Shown piece by piece: positions 35,501 to 45,182 of a DNA stretch of 64,000 bases; the stretch's first letter is position 1; every line of letters starts with the position of its first letter. The stretch is taken from IMG/VR virus record IMGVR_UViG_3300042090_000199, positions 1 to 64,000 of that record; one strand, given 5' to 3'. The position numbers and the translations under genes are program-made. The notes under the pieces were generated by a model. That model saw nothing but the letters and a program-made list of their open reading frames with translations, searched no databases and was not told the DNA's origin. This DNA comes from a virus.

Positions 35501-35960
35501 GAAGATCAAGTGGGCTGCCACGCACGGCGAAGATCTGATTACGCCTTTTGGTCGACGTCGTCGATTCAACCTCGTTACGGACGAGAACCTCAAGGACGTC
35601 CAGAACGAAGCCATGGCTTTCCTTCCGCAGTCTACAGGGTCTGATATCTGCGTTCAGGCCTTCATTAACCTGCGTAAGGAACTCAAGGGTGTCGCTTGGT
35701 GTCGTAATACCATCCATGACGCTCTGTACTTTGAGACGCATCAGGGCAACGTCGAATACGTAGGCAACCTAATGCGCCAGCGCATGGCAGAGTCCGCATA
35801 CAGGATCTGCGGCGACTACGTACCATTCATAGTCGACGTAGAAGTAGGTCGCAACTGGGGCGACATGAATCATCTCGAAGAATGGCTCAAGGGAGAACGT
35901 CCCTATCCGTGTGCAGTCGAACTCTGGAAGCCTCCTATGTTTCAGGAATACGCAGCATGA
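32526..35960 (+). CDS. polA: Family A DNA polymerase with N-terminal family-4 UDG-like domain, 3'-5' exonuclease and an intein
   Basis: UDG: CETC, VGQNPG, PFIGPSG, TNACLC, TFHPAA; Exo: VDIET, NGKFD, YNGYD; Pol: DYGQLELR, KAFVYGLAYG, IHD. Confidence 0.95.
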   Translation: MVEQSGELVQPKARRHPLAACETCPLNTSEYGFVPSSGPDRARIALVGQNPGRAEIRLGRPFIGPSGKLLDKVLQAYRLRRDEMFITNACLCTSKDNPSFTPPPGAVTACRQRLLTELRQHGVEQIVALGNTAAQSLLRTKIGITQLRVGPFRETDDLPDVKIIPTFHPAACVDPATKILKADLSWIPASDIQVGDELIGFDENKPREPYSRREWKPTAVTEAYNIVTSRYRITLENGDTLTCSSDHLWLAWDPSDRSMHWMVPERLKKRLGRATLQLFMKPWELAEGSSAGYIAGFLDGEGTIHPQDGLQWGQNNGAVADHIVRLFKEYEFDIRVSKGWSGTHKYTGNKESGECRHYHTRGRREGLRAVGMFRPVRLLPKARKIWEGWGVRADKVLVTNVEKIEDGVVRVINTTERTYIADGYMSHNCLRAPAAFPSMCNDFQKLVVAAPPWKKPKVVVIDTEKGALRAIAILRRKYNKAVVDIETDLDKEKSFDHPSRFALLCIGICVQKGVGIVFGERACRSEAVLKSMADWLRGIELIFQNGKFDVSGLYPKGFTDLVIGQDTMLKSYVLDERSGIHGLKYNAVEKLGAPRYDEDLDQYTGKGKNKRFGNIPRSILYEYNGYDVVCTWELDEFFDADIDREDGLRLPPIRDRADGEWWGLRHLHDFLCEAATGFVYLELNGFAVDLTYNRQLQREYAIEAKGYERTMFRIAGEFNPKSPMQVKAVLHDLGVKIPMKKNLKGDMVETTDAEALTLMYEAAKARRDRTKSGRTAQAPGRVVLQGTIDHGGSNQIGPEVVEVSTEDSIVTFLETMLKYRKVAKLDGTYVTGLRKYVYRGRVYPTVMLHSTSTGRLSQKKPSLQVIPRGDKLRRQYKVAKDDHVLVGADYGQLELRVLTWLAQEPYFAEIFRDPSRDLFDELLPIVRPERSYRLASASAKDKRIIVKAFVYGLAYGREAKSISDELDIPLRDAQAMYRDFFVVIPRIVAFREKIKWAATHGEDLITPFGRRRRFNLVTDENLKDVQNEAMAFLPQSTGSDICVQAFINLRKELKGVAWCRNTIHDALYFETHQGNVEYVGNLMRQRMAESAYRICGDYVPFIVDVEVGRNWGDMNHLEEWLKGERPYPCAVELWKPPMFQEYAA
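33039..33809 (+). mobile_element. Intein (257 aa) with a LAGLIDADG motif inside the UDG domain
   Basis: Starts CVDPATKIL, block B TCSSDH, YIAGFLDGEG, ends YIADGYMSHN|C. Confidence 0.92.
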
Positions 35961-36800
35961 ACCAGTTCGAACGAGATAAGTCTGAGCTCGGATGGCGAGT
36001 AGCTATGGCGCTTTGGCTCGAGAATCGCACGACCGCTCCTAGGATCATTAATTGGCAAGACCCGATGCGCATCAGGAGTACGCGGCATGAGTAGCATACC
36101 AACTTGGCTCCTAGCTGTGCTACTTCTCAACAGCTTCCTGCTTGCCTGCATGACTCTCAAGTATGGCGGCTGGTTTCGTCGGTTCAGGGACTGGTATGAG
36201 AGCAGATAGGAGAGTTTCGTGATCGAGTACTTTATCTTCCCGCTAGTTTCCTTCGTAGCCATGAGCGCTCAGGATATCCTCTGCGTATGGATGGTTCGTG
36301 CAGAAGCACAGGGACGGTCCAGCGACGCAGGAAACTGGGACATGGCGGGCGATGCTTGTCGCATGGCCTGGCTATACTGCGGTGGCGACGCCATTTTCGT
36401 CAGCAAGAACTACCTACTAGCGATCCTGTGTGTCATAGCAACCCTGGTGGCTGACAAGTGGGGTACTTACTGGGGAAGTGAACTTGCCAAGAAGATGGAA
36501 GCTCGACACGCTGAGGAGCACCTAGAACCATGATATCCATCCCGATTTGGCTCCTAGTAGTTCTTATCGTCGGGATAATCTTGGGAGCAGGAGCGGTCAT
36601 ATGGTTCCTTAACTGGATATCGCACTTCATGGACGGCTTTTGACATGAAGAGTCAAGCCCTAGACTCTTGCTTCGACATGATCTGCAAACACATGGTCTG
36701 CGCCATCTCATCTCCTGAGGACTCCTATGCTTGGAAGTGGAGATGGCAACTAGTAGAGACCTGGCTCGCAGCAGCAGCGAATATCATAGAAGCCGAATAA
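35957..36800 (+). CDS. Five small, mostly membrane genes (35957-36094, 36087-36209, 36219-36533, 36530-36643, 36645-36800)
   Basis: Tightly coupled ORFs with RBSs and hydrophobic helices. Confidence 0.65.
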
Positions 36801-36818
36801 AAACCTTGCTGTAGCCTC

Positions 36819-36848
36819 TTGCTTTAGACTATCATATTGATATATAAT
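36819..36848 (+). promoter_or_regulatory. Phage promoter TTGCTT-N18-TATAAT
   Basis: Recurring geometry. Confidence 0.8.
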
Positions 36849-36868
36849 TAAAAGAACGGAGGTGCTGA

Positions 36869-37459
36869 ATGTCAGCTTACGACTACAAGTACACGGACAG
36901 AGACGTTCGTGAGAACATTAATCTCATGAAGGCTGCTCAAGACTATCTGTTGCAGTACGGAGGAGACTTCGACTACCTAGTCAGAGCTCGACAGTACTTG
37001 GTTATTCAAGGCAGTCTACCAACAAGTATAGCGCGTGGAGTTCTCAACTGCATGCGCAGCGACCCTTACTGGGTAGGTCGAATACCTGCTCCTAGGCTCG
37101 AAAACTACTTTATGTCACCACCGGAGTCTCCCAGGAGGCTATACGCTGTCGACCTTCAACGTCCTCGGCGCATCAGGCTCAACGCTACGTTCAACAAGCC
37201 ATACGTTATGTCTCCTTGGAAGACTGCATATCTAGTTCATCTGCTAGACCAGCGAGACTCACAGCTCTGGTATCATCCGCACACAGGCACCTACGAATGT
37301 CTACTACAAGGCTGGTGCAACATCAGCTACGGCCAACGTCGAAACCTAATCATGACCGACACTATCCCAGAAGGCAGGAGAGAATGCGACCGTTGTCGGC
37401 GCGCTTTGGAGGCGTCCCAACATGATCCATCGTATAGTAGGCGTCCCCGATGGCCTTAA
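36869..37459 (+). CDS. Hypothetical protein
   Basis: RBS GGAGGTG. Confidence 0.8.
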   Translation: MSAYDYKYTDRDVRENINLMKAAQDYLLQYGGDFDYLVRARQYLVIQGSLPTSIARGVLNCMRSDPYWVGRIPAPRLENYFMSPPESPRRLYAVDLQRPRRIRLNATFNKPYVMSPWKTAYLVHLLDQRDSQLWYHPHTGTYECLLQGWCNISYGQRRNLIMTDTIPEGRRECDRCRRALEASQHDPSYSRRPRWP

Positions 37460-37551
37460 GCCGGGCGAATATGAAGTTCGCCTAGTACGTACATGTGGTG
37501 ACATCATTATGTTCGAGTACGTTGAGCCTGAAACTACAAGTGAGCAGACTA

Positions 37552-37743
37552 ATGACTGAGATCGAAACTATCAGGAAGATCGTTCGCGACATGCTTGCAA
37601 GTCACGACCTAGAAGCTGTTCTCGTAGTCAGAGACAGAAATAGTAAGGAAGTCTTGTACGAAGTAGGACATACCAATATTGGACTTGAAGATCAAGTCAC
37701 TATCAGACACGTAGTGGGCGACTTCGAAGTCTCGGAAGTCTAG
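37552..37743 (+). CDS. Small hypothetical protein (preceded by another at 37422-37559)
   Basis: 8-nt overlap coupling. Confidence 0.6.
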   Translation: MTEIETIRKIVRDMLASHDLEAVLVVRDRNSKEVLYEVGHTNIGLEDQVTIRHVVGDFEVSEV

Positions 37744-37817
37744 ACCCGTGAACTACAGTAGATACTGCCACAGATGTCGTAAGTACGTTACGCGATGGCC
37801 GCATTGGTGTAGATAAA

Positions 37818-37858
37818 GCCTGACCCTCCCTCGGGCGGACGGCGAGAGAGGGCCAGGC
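37818..37858. terminator. Hairpin at the convergence of the two transcription arms
   Basis: GCCTGACCCTC...GAGGGCCAGGC imperfect inverted repeat. Confidence 0.6.
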
Positions 37859-37866
37859 GCCTAAGG

Positions 37867-38925
37867 CTAGGTCGTAACGAACTGGACCCAGCTAGACCAG
37901 ACATGGTCCGTAGTGTTTGCCGCCACCCTCCATCTGTAAGTCGTTCGAGGTGCCAACGCCGCTATCTGCGTTAGCGCCTTAACTGTCTCGTCGATCGACA
38001 GAACCCACCCGAAGCCTGACTTATCCCACTCGACCTGCAGGTGGTATCCTTCTGCTAGAGTCACTCCCGCGACTGGCTGCCACGAGAAGATAGCCTCAGA
38101 TGCCGTCGACCGAACGGTTTGCTTCAGACCTCCTGGAGCAGACGATGGCGTCGGAACGGGGACTGGATCGGGTGCAGAAGGCTCAAGAGCCTTCCAGGTT
38201 GCAGACCCGATGACGCCATCGACTGTCAGCTTCTTGAGCGTCTGAAATGCTTCAGTCGCCGCTAGTGTGCCTTCGCCGAAAAGACCGTCGACTACTAGCC
38301 TACCTGGATACCAGGTGTTCAGAGCCTCCTGAGCAGCCCTAACCGCCGGTCCTGAAGAACCTTGCGACACTAGGTTTCCTGCGACGCCTGACTGGTCCGC
38401 CAACCATGACGTCGAGAATACATCCAGGTCGTAGGATCCTCCGCCTCCTAGGTCACTGAACTGGATAGCGATGATTGGGAACGGACCGGACGCTGTGAGA
38501 ACTTCTACGACTGCCTGCGCGTCGGTTAGATTCCAGTTCGCGATCCATAGCCCGACACCACTCGTAACGCCTGCAGCTACAAGAGCGTTGACGACGTTCG
38601 AGACGTTACTCGCTGAGCAGTAGATAGCAGGTCTGCGCTGTCCTGGCCTCTTGTTCGTTGCGAATGCCGCCTGCATCGCGATAGCCCAAGGCCCGCAGTC
38701 TGCGTAGGTGGCTGCACCGCCCTCTACGTCTAGGATATCAGGGAACGGACTTTCGTCGACCGCGAGCCCAACCGCCTGAGCGATCAGGACGACTCCAGGG
38801 TTAGCGACTAGCTCTGCAGTGCTCCAAAGAATGTCTGGAGTTCCTGTGACGTAAGCACATCGCTGGCCTGGAGGTAGTGCTCCGTAGTCCGCTGATGTTG
38901 CATCGAACGCTGGTATAACACCCAT
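37867..38925 (-). CDS. Endolysin: GH25-like muramidase + peptidoglycan-binding + FN3-like domain
   Basis: LDVE, PAIY, LWIANW, IQF..DLD; GSSGPAVRAAQ..VDGLFG..FQ..VDGVIG; TYRWRVAA. Confidence 0.85.
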   Translation of the reverse strand: MGVIPAFDATSADYGALPPGQRCAYVTGTPDILWSTAELVANPGVVLIAQAVGLAVDESPFPDILDVEGGAATYADCGPWAIAMQAAFATNKRPGQRRPAIYCSASNVSNVVNALVAAGVTSGVGLWIANWNLTDAQAVVEVLTASGPFPIIAIQFSDLGGGGSYDLDVFSTSWLADQSGVAGNLVSQGSSGPAVRAAQEALNTWYPGRLVVDGLFGEGTLAATEAFQTLKKLTVDGVIGSATWKALEPSAPDPVPVPTPSSAPGGLKQTVRSTASEAIFSWQPVAGVTLAEGYHLQVEWDKSGFGWVLSIDETVKALTQIAALAPRTTYRWRVAANTTDHVWSSWVQFVTT

Positions 38926-38943
38926 AGTTGTCCGCCTTCCTGA

Positions 38944-39141
38944 TTAAGACGTCGGCGGATTGATAACCGTGGACGTCGGAGGCTTAGGCTGGTTCGGGAC
39001 GAGGTAAACGACGATCGCTGCGATCGCAGCCACGACTGTCGACGTCAGAGGCGAGTTGTGGCCGAAGGTCGTGACTCCTGTGGAGATCGCGCCGAGAACG
39101 GCTACGATGAACTTGCTGTACTGCCCGATGTTGCTGAACAT
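38944..39141 (-). CDS. Holin
   Basis: Two TM helices ending VYLVPN; adjacent to endolysin. Confidence 0.75.
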   Translation of the reverse strand: MFSNIGQYSKFIVAVLGAISTGVTTFGHNSPLTSTVVAAIAAIVVYLVPNQPKPPTSTVINPPTS

Positions 39142-39144
39142 GAT

Positions 39145-39564
39145 CTATTCCTTCCTTTGTACCGCCTGAGCCTTGTCATCAATAATTTGCTGTGCGACAT
39201 GCAGGCGATCTGCAATCTCCTGCTCCAATCGCGAGACCTTTACCTCCGCTCCTGCCATCGCTGCATACGTTTCAGGGCTAGTAACTATACCGTTCTCCTT
39301 TTGTATCGCAACTAGCTCCTGAATCTTGAGCAGGAGCGCTTTAGTCGCACTTAGATCCGACTCGATTGATGCTGTCAGAGTAGAGTTCACTAGCGAGTGA
39401 ATGAGATCCAGCTTGCTATTAGTGTCCGCACCCTGCTTACGGATACCTGTGACTTGTCTGAAGCCTATGATTGCTGCTAGGAGCAAGAGGACTGCTGTTA
39501 CGATACTGGCTATGGAAGTGACTATGCCGGCATCAGATGAAGCTGCCACTGAAATGCTAATCAC
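39145..39564 (-). CDS. Membrane-anchored coiled-coil protein (lysis cassette)
   Basis: N-terminal TM helix; IHSLVNS motif. Confidence 0.7.
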   Translation of the reverse strand: MISISVAASSDAGIVTSIASIVTAVLLLLAAIIGFRQVTGIRKQGADTNSKLDLIHSLVNSTLTASIESDLSATKALLLKIQELVAIQKENGIVTSPETYAAMAGAEVKVSRLEQEIADRLHVAQQIIDDKAQAVQRKE

Positions 39565-40031
39565 TAACCATTACTCCTAGTCTGCAGTTGAGTTACCTGC
39601 GCTCGTAGCTCCTGAACTTCATCTAGGATAGCCTTAAGACCTCCTTCAGTATGTATATCCGTCCGATCGATAAGCACTTCAGTATCCTCGAAGGTCTTAG
39701 CAGCCCGCGCGTCGGATGCCTTCGACTGGCCATCCTGACCGACCATAATGATGGACAGCAGGACTAGCTGCAGGAAGAATGACGCCGTCCACTGGACCAT
39801 GCCATACAGTCCGCCCTGGATAGCCTGCGGCAGCGCGAGTAGGTCTAGAGCCGCGAAGACATAGGCACACCACATCGTGCCTACACCCTTAGTAATCTTC
39901 AAGGCTAGCCAGGCGTTGACCTTAGCGTACCAGGGCGCATCACTAGCAGCCCGCAGATGATCATGACCATGTAGATGTACTGCTAGGCCATGCTTCGTGT
40001 GCCCGAAGTGCGGCTTGTGGTCGTCCGCCAT
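39564..40031 (-). CDS. DUF1003-like membrane protein
   Basis: VGTMWCAYVF..LQLVLLSIIMVGQ. Confidence 0.65.
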   Translation of the reverse strand: MADDHKPHFGHTKHGLAVHLHGHDHLRAASDAPWYAKVNAWLALKITKGVGTMWCAYVFAALDLLALPQAIQGGLYGMVQWTASFFLQLVLLSIIMVGQDGQSKASDARAAKTFEDTEVLIDRTDIHTEGGLKAILDEVQELRAQVTQLQTRSNG

Positions 40032-40043
40032 AGCCTTACCTCC

Positions 40044-40376
40044 TTACTGTACGAGACCCGCCCAAAGAGGTGCGAGTGCGGTATCGTAATTGTATGCACT
40101 CGGCTGCGTAGCCGTGCCGTAGTATAGCGCGGATACAGTATTAAACAGGCCAATCATGTATGCCGCGTAGGCGGCATCAGACTGGTTACCAGGAGCGTTT
40201 GAGTTAGCGTTGTTGTATCCTGCCGCCGTCAGGATCTGTACAGGCGTCCCGCCTGCGCCGTTGTTCACGAATGTGCTCAGGCGTCGGAGCTCCTCCATGA
40301 TATTCCGCAACGACGTAGCTAGAGTGGTCAGCGTCTGGTCGATCGTCAGGTTCGTTGCTTGCATGCCGACAGGCAT
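40044..40376 (-). CDS. Hypothetical protein
   Basis: RBS GGAGG. Confidence 0.75.
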   Translation of the reverse strand: MPVGMQATNLTIDQTLTTLATSLRNIMEELRRLSTFVNNGAGGTPVQILTAAGYNNANSNAPGNQSDAAYAAYMIGLFNTVSALYYGTATQPSAYNYDTALAPLWAGLVQ

Positions 40377-40384
40377 CTTACCTC

Positions 40385-40663
40385 CTATGAAGCGTGCTCC
40401 TCCGACGGCTCGTCGATCGACAAGTCGTCCTCATCATCACTGTACATATCAGCCGCAGACAACGCTGCGACTTGTTCCTTGAGCGAATCTAGTTCCTTCA
40501 CGCAACTCTGGAATGACTCAGCTAGAATACGCTCACGCTCACGGCCTTCCTCGATCGCCACTTCCAGGATCGCCTGCTGGATAATCGCGTCCGATATCTT
40601 GTCGCGCAGCTTCCGCACGAGCACGTCTGCATTGACCTGCACATTTGCCTGGTTGTCCGCCAT
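40385..40663 (-). CDS. Coiled-coil protein
   Basis: RBS AGGAG. Confidence 0.75.
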   Translation of the reverse strand: MADNQANVQVNADVLVRKLRDKISDAIIQQAILEVAIEEGRERERILAESFQSCVKELDSLKEQVAALSAADMYSDDEDDLSIDEPSEEHAS

Positions 40664-40675
40664 ATCTGCCTGCTC

Positions 40676-42022
40676 CTAATCTAGTGGTACAATCACGTGC
40701 CAGAAGATCTCCTGTCCGGCCGTCTGAATACCAGTTATCTGCACGTTTCCTGTGGTATGGTCTATAAAGATCCATGGAGGATCGACGCTACTCGGGAAGG
40801 CTGCCCAGCCCGCTTCGCGGTTGCGGTCGTTCGGCGGAACGTATCCAGAAGGCAGTGTCATGCAGACACTGTTTCCGGTCACCCCGCCAGGGCCGACAAC
40901 ATCACCCTCAATCTCGACGGCGCCTGCAACGCCCCACGGTATACACCGATATCGAATACCGACACCACCGATCTTCGGAGAGGCGGCAGTCCAGGAATTA
41001 AGCAACGAAGCATTGTGCCAGGTCTCGGAGCCTGTAGGAGTCACTCCAGAAACAGTACCTGGTACTGTTCCGACGAGGGTATTACATGCATAGATGTTAA
41101 CTCCGGTACAGTCCAGCTGCATGTAATCATGATGTGTCTGGCCATCATCGACGAAAGTGAAGTGTAGTTTTGCGTAGAAGCCTGACGCATCGGACAGGAG
41201 TCCCATCTGGACCCAGTCTCGGTTTCCCACCTGTGACAGACTAGGTCCTGAGACGAATAGCTGTCCGGAACTGCTCGGGCTGAGCGCTCCGATGTTCGGC
41301 TGGTTCCCGAAGAATGACGTCGGAGACAACGGAAACACTAGGAGCGCCGGATTTCCAGGACCTCCAGCTGAGGGCACTAGAGCTACCTGCGGGGTGCTGC
41401 CTGAAGCGTTTCCAACATATAGGCCGGCGGGAATAGTGTTGCCAACAGAGTCGGTCGTCGTCACGTTAGATAGCGAAATAAATACATTGCCAAGCGTCGG
41501 GGCTGCAGTAGTGTAGGCTATGTAGTCCGCAAGCGGGTCTGTACTAAATGATAGGAACTCAGCCGCGCTAATCGTGGTGGCGTCAACGATGCCAGCTACA
41601 ACGATACCGGCTACTAGTAGGTTAGCAGAGATCGTGCCGGCTGCAATCGATGGTGTACCAAACTGGTACAGGTCGAATTCGGACGTACCCGCGTTATACA
41701 CCTTCATAACGGGGTAGCCACTGCTCGTGTCGAACCAGAACGTCCCGTTCGGAGGAGACACCGGAGGAGTTGGTCCGATGAATACCTGCGTGCCACCTTC
41801 GGTGAGGACTACGTCGCCGTTGACCTCACCGCTACCGTCGGCATTGAGGATCCAACCCGCAGTGCCAGGACTATAGGTGCTGGACTGAATAGATGTTCTA
41901 TTCAGCGTCGTACCAATAGCCACAGGATCATTAATGATGTTCTCAACATTGAGCATCCGACGCCGCAAGTCAGCTATCGTGCTCATAAGCCGACGATCTA
42001 GTGGAACAGGATGATCGGTCAT
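40676..42022 (-). CDS. Minor tail / receptor-binding protein
   Basis: Position; SSTYSPGTAGW, PPNGTFWFD, C-terminal LLNSW..YR..TLPSGY. Confidence 0.75.
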   Translation of the reverse strand: MTDHPVPLDRRLMSTIADLRRRMLNVENIINDPVAIGTTLNRTSIQSSTYSPGTAGWILNADGSGEVNGDVVLTEGGTQVFIGPTPPVSPPNGTFWFDTSSGYPVMKVYNAGTSEFDLYQFGTPSIAAGTISANLLVAGIVVAGIVDATTISAAEFLSFSTDPLADYIAYTTAAPTLGNVFISLSNVTTTDSVGNTIPAGLYVGNASGSTPQVALVPSAGGPGNPALLVFPLSPTSFFGNQPNIGALSPSSSGQLFVSGPSLSQVGNRDWVQMGLLSDASGFYAKLHFTFVDDGQTHHDYMQLDCTGVNIYACNTLVGTVPGTVSGVTPTGSETWHNASLLNSWTAASPKIGGVGIRYRCIPWGVAGAVEIEGDVVGPGGVTGNSVCMTLPSGYVPPNDRNREAGWAAFPSSVDPPWIFIDHTTGNVQITGIQTAGQEIFWHVIVPLD

Positions 42023-43176
42023 GTCAACGGTCCTTCCACTAGTGCACCTAGCTGCCAGCTTGTCTGCTCAGCTTGGTCCCCTGTTGGGAAGTTCAAGGTC
42101 CAACCTGTCATCTGAAACAGCTGTGTTATTCCAGGCACACCGTTAGGGCCTGCAGGATGCAAATCTGACGTCCCGATGAAGTACATCTCATCGCCGAGAA
42201 GCGTATCCTTAATCGCCGGATATTGACCTGCTCCTGCCAAGACAATCGGTGTCAGATTGCCTAGAATTGACGTCGAATACATAGACCCGATAGTGTAATT
42301 AATAATCTGCGCTTCGCTAGTAACGGTACCGTTATACGAACCGCTATTTTCCAACAACGGAAAGCCTTGTATCATCTCAGGCTCGGCAATACCAACAATA
42401 ACGAAGGCCTCTGTAGTGCCAGTCCCTGTCACAGTGAACTTATTAGCAGGATCAGTAGGCGTCCATTGCCATCCATAATCCTGCATATGTTCGCTAGGTA
42501 CTATCAATTGGAAGCCTGTCTGGTCATAAGTACGACCCATCTGTGGCAGTCCTAGTTGCGCAACCGTGTATAGGGACCCGCCGTCCGTCATTGCGGGAGC
42601 CAAGGTATATTCCATCAGATACGTCGTAACAAGGTCGCTCCAGGCGTCATAGATCTTCTTTCGCGAGGCTGACTCAGTCACGGACCCTAGGACGCCTGAG
42701 TACTCTACCGTATCAACAATGCCTGCTTGGTTCTGGAACTGACCACTGCCTGCTATGTTACCGTTCGGCTGCTTTGAGACCGCATATAGCAATTCCTGTC
42801 GAAAGATCTCGAAGATGTCCATGTTGTCATACTCTAGATCGTCGCTGATCTCACGGTGCTTAAAGAACTCCTCCATAGTGGCGCCTTGCAGAGGCAAGTT
42901 CCCACCGGACAGACTTGTGTGCGGCCAACCCGTGATCGGCCCATTCCAAATCGGATGACCATCCTGTAGAACCCACAAAATGCTCTTCCACGGAATCAAC
43001 GCATTCGTCCAGATGGCACGTTGCATGGCCGTTGCATTCTGCGGGAACGTCAAAGTGCCACTGAAAGATCCGACCGCATTGATCTGCCTCGAACAAGTCT
43101 GCCCTACGATAGGCAGACTATCGCACATCATCCGACCAGTAACTGTGTCAGTCGAGACGAACCGATACGTAGACAT
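42019..43176 (-). CDS. Minor tail (baseplate hub-like) protein
   Basis: Synteny; INAVGSFSG, PIWNGPI. Confidence 0.75.
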   Translation of the reverse strand: MSTYRFVSTDTVTGRMMCDSLPIVGQTCSRQINAVGSFSGTLTFPQNATAMQRAIWTNALIPWKSILWVLQDGHPIWNGPITGWPHTSLSGGNLPLQGATMEEFFKHREISDDLEYDNMDIFEIFRQELLYAVSKQPNGNIAGSGQFQNQAGIVDTVEYSGVLGSVTESASRKKIYDAWSDLVTTYLMEYTLAPAMTDGGSLYTVAQLGLPQMGRTYDQTGFQLIVPSEHMQDYGWQWTPTDPANKFTVTGTGTTEAFVIVGIAEPEMIQGFPLLENSGSYNGTVTSEAQIINYTIGSMYSTSILGNLTPIVLAGAGQYPAIKDTLLGDEMYFIGTSDLHPAGPNGVPGITQLFQMTGWTLNFPTGDQAEQTSWQLGALVEGPLT

Positions 43177-44264
43177 TACTGCATCACCGGCTCCACCCGC
43201 ATGTATGCGTGCTGTCCTGAACCTGCGACGACACTGACAGTCTCAGACACAGACTGCTGATTAGCTAGTGCTCGCCATGTAATCGTATGCGCTGCAGCTG
43301 ATGGAGTGTCACCAGCACCTGCTGACGTCGTGTAGATACTAGTGTTGCCTGCGACTGGATAGGTCTGACTAGTAGTCCCGATGAGGATCTCGAGCAGGTC
43401 AATCTGGGTGCTGTCCAGGAAGATCCCGAACTGTACTAGCGTCGGCGTCGGCGTAGCCATAGACATGCCTGCCCAGTGTGTCGTGATTCTGAGATCAGTA
43501 GCGCCATCAGTCGTGACTGAGGCAGACATCGACTGGGAGCCGAACACGATCGTCGACAAGGCGCCTGAACCTCCGACAACTCCTGTCAGACTAGCTGCTG
43601 CGCTACCAACAACATGCGCAGGCACGAACGGCATCGCCCTAAACGGCTTCGCCCCAGTAGCCGTTAGCATGAAGTAACGGTTATTGGTAACATCGAAGCC
43701 TAGCGTCCCCGTGTCGCCAGGCTGTAGAGAAGCCATGTTCGGGCAGACAATGACTCCGCCAGCCTCAGCAGTCCAGATTCGCTCATCGGTGATATTACCC
43801 TGATTGATCGTTACGACACTAGAACCGACGAAGACCTGTGCAAGAGCGATCGAGTTGGTCGGCAATGCCGGCGCTGAAGGGCTGGTCGCAGGCGTGCCTG
43901 CTATGATCTGAACTTCAGAGAACGAGCTAGAGTTGCCATTGTCTACGACCGTAGCGCAGACCAGGTCGATGCGCGAATTCGGACTCGAAGGCGCAGTCGA
44001 GACAGTCAGCGACGCTGCTGTAGGGTTGAACACTCTATACTGGCCGCTACCACTGCCGTTCGGGATGATCGCGGTTCCAGGGCTGACCTGAATAGTCATG
44101 CCACTGAACGCTAGTACCGCCATATCTCCAACGCCGGTTGCTAGGACCCCTCCTAGAGTCTGCGCACCGTAAGTAGTGGAATCAATATCCGCACGCCCGA
44201 TGCTATCTGACCATGTCGACCCAGCCAGCCACGGGCAATATCCTAGGTTCACACTGCTCGGCAT
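43176..44264 (-). CDS. Minor tail protein
   Basis: PNSRIDLV, PSAPALP..LAQV, ITDER. Confidence 0.75.
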   Translation of the reverse strand: MPSSVNLGYCPWLAGSTWSDSIGRADIDSTTYGAQTLGGVLATGVGDMAVLAFSGMTIQVSPGTAIIPNGSGSGQYRVFNPTAASLTVSTAPSSPNSRIDLVCATVVDNGNSSSFSEVQIIAGTPATSPSAPALPTNSIALAQVFVGSSVVTINQGNITDERIWTAEAGGVIVCPNMASLQPGDTGTLGFDVTNNRYFMLTATGAKPFRAMPFVPAHVVGSAAASLTGVVGGSGALSTIVFGSQSMSASVTTDGATDLRITTHWAGMSMATPTPTLVQFGIFLDSTQIDLLEILIGTTSQTYPVAGNTSIYTTSAGAGDTPSAAAHTITWRALANQQSVSETVSVVAGSGQHAYMRVEPVMQ

Positions 44265-44276
44265 AGCTACACCTCC

Positions 44277-45182
44277 CTAGATCCATGCCGCCTGATAAGC
44301 TGCGACTAGTTGCCCGCCAGCTGCACCTGCTATTGAAGAAACGATAACCGTATTAAATCCTGGATTGATAGTAAACCAACTTGAGCTCACATCTGCAGGT
44401 ACGTAGACGCCGTTCAAGAAAGACTGCTTAGCATCGAAGTCGATAACCATGCGGTCACCGGTCTGCAATGTGACTAGCTGATTCCACCAAGTAACAGTCT
44501 GTCCGGTCTGAACCAGCGTGATTGCAGGCCCCTTGAGCGGCCCCCAGATCGTCATCTCTGGAAACGATGGAAAGTTCCCAGGATCCATAAACTGAATCGA
44601 TCCCGGGACTACACCATTGTTCAGTGTGAAAGGAACGGTCACTGGTATCGTGATCGGGGACGCTGCGGAGGAACTAGCCGATCCAGAAGCGTAAATCGTT
44701 TGGGAGTACTTCCGCGGGTCTGGCGCGACCAGCAGAATTGAGAACACGACTTCACACAGATTGTCGTACTGCTCAGTAATCTTGCCAGAACGCCTAACGT
44801 ACGCAACCTTCGGAATCGGCTCATTGTAGTTAAACGCGCATAGGTCGTTAACCGGAATAACCTGTCCCAAGATCGACCTAGCAAGGTCCCGCGTAGCCTG
44901 GTCTGGAGCCGACGCGCGTAGCGTCAGCGTCATCATGCGAGGTCCGAAGAACTGCGCTGCTGGATACGCGCCGTGATCAGCAGCTTTCTGGATGACCTGA
45001 CCGACGACGTCTGGCCCGTCCCAGCCCTCCAGCTTCTCGATGATCCATGCAATACCGTTCGTATCTGGGCCCGCACCCATATTGAGTACCATTGGCGTAG
45101 TCATGTACGGCGCCTGATACGAGAACGACCCTGTCCAGAGACCTGTGTCCTGCGATATCGTGCCCGAGCCAGTATAAGTCAT
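44277..45182 (-). CDS. Distal tail protein (Dit-like)
   Basis: Follows tape measure; LEGWDGP, LVAPDPRKY, GP..P, WFTINPG. Confidence 0.8.
   Translation of the reverse strand: MTYTGSGTISQDTGLWTGSFSYQAPYMTTPMVLNMGAGPDTNGIAWIIEKLEGWDGPDVVGQVIQKAADHGAYPAAQFFGPRMMTLTLRASAPDQATRDLARSILGQVIPVNDLCAFNYNEPIPKVAYVRRSGKITEQYDNLCEVVFSILLVAPDPRKYSQTIYASGSASSSAASPITIPVTVPFTLNNGVVPGSIQFMDPGNFPSFPEMTIWGPLKGPAITLVQTGQTVTWWNQLVTLQTGDRMVIDFDAKQSFLNGVYVPADVSSSWFTINPGFNTVIVSSIAGAAGGQLVAAYQAAWI

Noticed and set aside
143-37800. Minus-strand ORFs in the left arm (e.g. 143..1081, 7759..8334, 15805..16584) and plus-strand ORFs in the right arm
   Set aside because: Antisense shadows of GC3-biased genes, lacking RBS and motifs.
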